From Phoronis australis (lineage: Eukaryota > Animalia > Phoronida): a DNA stretch of 36,977 bases. Shown here piece after piece: positions 36,601 to 36,977 of this stretch. How positions within the stretch are numbered: the stretch's first letter is position 1; each line of letters opens with the position of its first letter. The notes beneath the pieces were generated by a model. That model saw only the letters and a list, made by a program, of their open reading frames with translations. It made no database searches and was not told the DNA's origin. The stretch covers positions 1 through 36,977 of the forward strand of contig NMRA01001237.1 in assembly GCA_002633005.1 (NCBI GenBank), read 5' to 3'. Position numbers and translations under genes: made by a program.

Positions 36601-36977
36601 TGTCGTGACATCTCTAAACCACCTTCCAATGTCAAAGTCAAATTTGGGACAACTTCCGAAATGAATCTGGCATTCAACCAAAAGTGCATAACTGCACATT
36701 GGACATCAGATCTTGAGCAAAACATCGTGAGATATCAATACTCTGTAGGAGAGTCGGGTGCTGAGCCAGGTCACGGCATCTTCGATGCTGCCAACGAAGC
36801 AGTGTGGCACAACATTGACCTGTGGAGAAACATTACCCTTTGTCTTCAAAAGGACAGGTTCTTCGCCTCTCACCAGAGTTACGTATTTTACATTCGCGCG
36901 TGGTTTTCGTCACACAGTTATACCCAATTCTCGTCAAATATTTCGACTATTGATGTAACTCCTCCAGTTCAAAGGAA
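12443..36977 (+). CDS. Giant secreted/cell-surface protein, spliced and 3'-incomplete: signal peptide-EMI-NIM/EGF-Cys-rich-EGF followed by tandem FN3-like DxSPP repeats (>=2589 aa, 17 exons in window)
   Basis: join(12443-12507,15067-15168,15790-15872,17327-17428,20920-21054,21673-21795,22185-22454,22933-23071,23500-24634,27016-28201,28761-30187,31252-31948,32848-32964,33532-33842,34094-34349,35190-35376,35544->36977). All introns are GT-AG. Phases 2,2,1,1,1,1,1,2,0,1,0,1,1,0,1,2 join into one stop-free frame of 7769 nt. Confidence 0.9.
13261..13360 (-). mobile_element. tRNA-derived SINE fragment in intron 1
   Basis: The minus strand reads ggcagcgTGGCCTTGTATGATAGG...gtGGGTTCGAGTTTcactgggtcacactgctaagcccttgag, i.e. 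degenerate A/B boxes followed by a SINE-core-like cccttgag stretch. Confidence 0.55.
15067..15168 (+). CDS. Exon 2: EMI domain N-half (KCSYYASETYVKSYQSSYGTSCGLFGWSRCTRY)
   Basis: Acceptor ttttgcag|, donor ag|gtatga, phase 2-2. Shows the EMI pattern C..Y...Y..SC....W.RC..YR. Not in the ORF track. Confidence 0.9.
15790..15872 (+). CDS. Exon 3: EMI C-half with CCxxY motif (RTNYRYETRQVLKYRCCKNYVLHNSACE)
   Basis: Acceptor cttacag|, donor c|gtaagt, phase 2-1. Confidence 0.9.
15930..16213 (+). mobile_element. Partial copy of the TTAA-terminated DNA-transposon family (homologous to 6363-6649)
   Basis: Colinear similarity, e.g. ttatcgtttcgttttcgtttcatgcaact versus ttatcgtttcgctttcgttttatgcaact. Ends in aaccTTAA. 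Confidence 0.75.
16350..16758. mobile_element. MITE with TA ends and TACCG..GATTTCCGA..GA.C-type TIRs (Tc1/mariner-pogo-like)
   Basis: Left taccggggatttccgatagacctc versus right-end reverse complement taacatggatttctgaaagagccc. Internal gagcccc/ggggctctttc subrepeats are related to 30316-30435. Confidence 0.6.
17327..17428 (+). CDS. Exon 4: NIM/EGF-like repeat (PLCQGQRWCPNGGHCTSPNFCSNCNPGYYSPKCD)
   Basis: Acceptor ttttgcag|, donor g|gtgagt, phase 1-1. Fits the NIM pattern CxPxC..CxNGxxCxxPxxCxxCxxGY. Confidence 0.92.
17816..19467 (-). mobile_element. About 1.65-kb internally deleted Kolobok-type DNA transposon in intron 4
   Basis: Left TTAA|aggataaagccaccc versus right-end reverse complement TTAA|aggagaatgccaccc. 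A TTAA TSD with AGGR termini is characteristic of Kolobok/T2 elements. Contains a THAP remnant. Confidence 0.8.
19001..19299 (-). pseudogene. THAP (C2CH) zinc-finger remnant, N-terminus of a Kolobok-type transposase
   Basis: From 19285 the frame reads RCIVPACPNYESEKKAGISFFRLP*EL*MLRKWLAVVKNEKYAVNSKYEAVKHLCACGRHFVADSDF. It has CxVPxC, FxxP, RxxW and CxxHF. There are two in-frame stops and a frameshift after the ATG at 19299. Confidence 0.85.
20920..21054 (+). CDS. Exon 5: Cys-rich module (ACPLSRISDCFKMTCSSGPSNFVCQECRLSSHSGSAYLLSNNRCL)
   Basis: Acceptor atttcag|, donor c|gtaagt, phase 1-1. Lies within ORF 20736-21200. Confidence 0.9.
21586..21642. repeat. (ATC)19 microsatellite just upstream of the exon 6 acceptor
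   Basis: Directly visible. It explains the poly-Asp in the spurious ORF 21529-21741. Confidence 0.97.
21673..21795 (+). CDS. Exon 6: EGF-like module (PKCSWLSNTGCWPGTCNDRGLTSSCSCIAGFAKKYGTNNCD)
   Basis: Acceptor ttttag|, donor a|gtgagt, phase 1-1. Six Cys with a CxCxxGF core. Not in the ORF track. Confidence 0.92.
22185..22454 (+). CDS. Exon 7
   Basis: Acceptor aatttcag|, donor g|gtttgt, phase 1-1. Lies within ORF 22139-22462. Confidence 0.88.
22933..23071 (+). CDS. Exon 8
   Basis: Acceptor tattgcag|, donor aa|gttagt, phase 1-2 and joins exon 9 in frame. Lies within ORF 22620-23174. Confidence 0.85.
23500..24634 (+). CDS. Exon 9: first FN3-like repeats
   Basis: Acceptor ccctag|, donor aag|gtacgg. 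Motifs WSDTGSGV, LRDGDTYRIWVQAKD, HIDSSPP, DSDSGL..VKWKLGT. Confidence 0.93.
27016..28201 (+). CDS. Exon 10: FN3-like repeats
   Basis: Acceptor cctttcag|, donor g|gtaagt. Motifs VDTSPPTTGVVRDG, WHGFFDHESGVRFY, VDETPP. Confidence 0.94.
28761..30187 (+). CDS. Exon 11: FN3-like repeats
   Basis: Acceptor aattccag|, donor cat|gtaagt. Motifs IKVFNRAGL, PPSVGVVYD, WSGF, SSDGV. Confidence 0.94.
30316..30435. mobile_element. Short MITE related to 16350-16758
   Basis: Left taccgtgttttccaaaaagag versus right-end reverse complement tacgtagtttccaaatgag. Shares ggggctcttt(t)cagaaa and cacaaaacc(c/t)ctaggg with the 16.4-16.75 kb copy. Confidence 0.6.
31252..31948 (+). CDS. Exon 12: FN3-like repeats
   Basis: Acceptor ttggtag|, donor g|gtaagt. 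Motifs CSNGFVIDTTPPVAGVV, WTAFDD..SGIMSYYYSVG. Confidence 0.92.
32198..32337. mobile_element. Possible degenerate small MITE
   Basis: Left attgacctgttgcaa versus right-end reverse complement aatgacctattataa. The match is short and imperfect. Confidence 0.3.
32848..32964 (+). CDS. Exon 13 (GTAPGFDDVVPKTPTRLRTEVIIEHVKLQNGKEYFVTVS)
   Basis: Acceptor gtttcag|, donor g|gtaaga, phase 1-1. Supplies the GTxPGxxDV...LxxGxxYxVxV half of the repeat. Not in the ORF track. Confidence 0.92.
33532..33842 (+). CDS. Exon 14: FN3-like repeat
   Basis: Acceptor tttatag|, donor aag|gtacgt. Motifs VDTSPPVTG, WSNFEDTESGVIKYEFALGS. Confidence 0.93.
34094..34349 (+). CDS. Exon 15: FN3-like repeat
   Basis: Acceptor tttatag|, donor t|gtgagc. 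Motifs VTNGAGL, YDSSPPSDGVVRD, WDGFHDTHSGIADY. Confidence 0.93.
34934..34966. repeat. (CAAAA)n pentanucleotide microsatellite
   Basis: About 6 copies directly visible. Confidence 0.95.
35190..35376 (+). CDS. Exon 16: FN3-like repeat
   Basis: Acceptor gttttag|, donor ag|gtaaca. Motif GCNGVGLCTRASSDGVFVDPSPPSAG. Confidence 0.93.
35544..36977 (+). CDS. Exon 17 (runs off the window): FN3-like repeats plus a Cys-rich knot
   Basis: Acceptor tttatag|. The frame from 35545 is open to the window end (KYITMSWLGFSDLQSGV...ACNEAGLC...VDSSPP...HSCQVPFCNNDCAC...IDVTPPVQR). It is missing from the ORF track, presumably because no stop is reached. Confidence 0.95.

Noticed and set aside
27152-36725. Numerous minus-strand and alternative-frame ORFs overlapping the large exons
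   Set aside because: They are shadow ORFs of real coding sequence, with no independent motifs.

Overview
Eukaryotic (invertebrate-type metazoan, AT-rich) genomic window with one assembly gap (560-772). The main feature is one large spliced gene on the + strand that the ORF track only shows in pieces. I rebuilt 17 coding exons by hand (12443 to beyond the window end). All have GT-AG boundaries and consistent intron phases, giving 7769 nt of CDS, or at least 2589 aa with no stop reached. The protein has a signal peptide, an EMI domain, a CCxxY motif, a NIM/EGF repeat and two more Cys-rich/EGF modules. These are followed by about 2300 aa of tandem FN3-like beta-sandwich repeats with the signature [VI]DxSPPxxGxVxDG...WxGFxDxxSG(I/V)xxYxxxxG...YxxxVxAxNxAGL. 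The N-terminus therefore resembles Draper/CED-1/Nimrod receptors, but it sits on a different ectodomain. The upstream 12 kb and the introns are a mosaic of decayed mobile elements: an RNase H-bearing Ingi/I-group LINE 3' fragment, a probable APE-endonuclease LINE remnant, three tRNA-derived SINE heads, several MITEs/foldbacks, and TTAA-flanked Kolobok-type elements. One of the latter (17816-19467, intron 4) still carries a pseudogenised THAP domain and an antisense KolX-like motif. No prokaryotic features, CRISPR arrays, rRNA or intact tRNA genes were seen.
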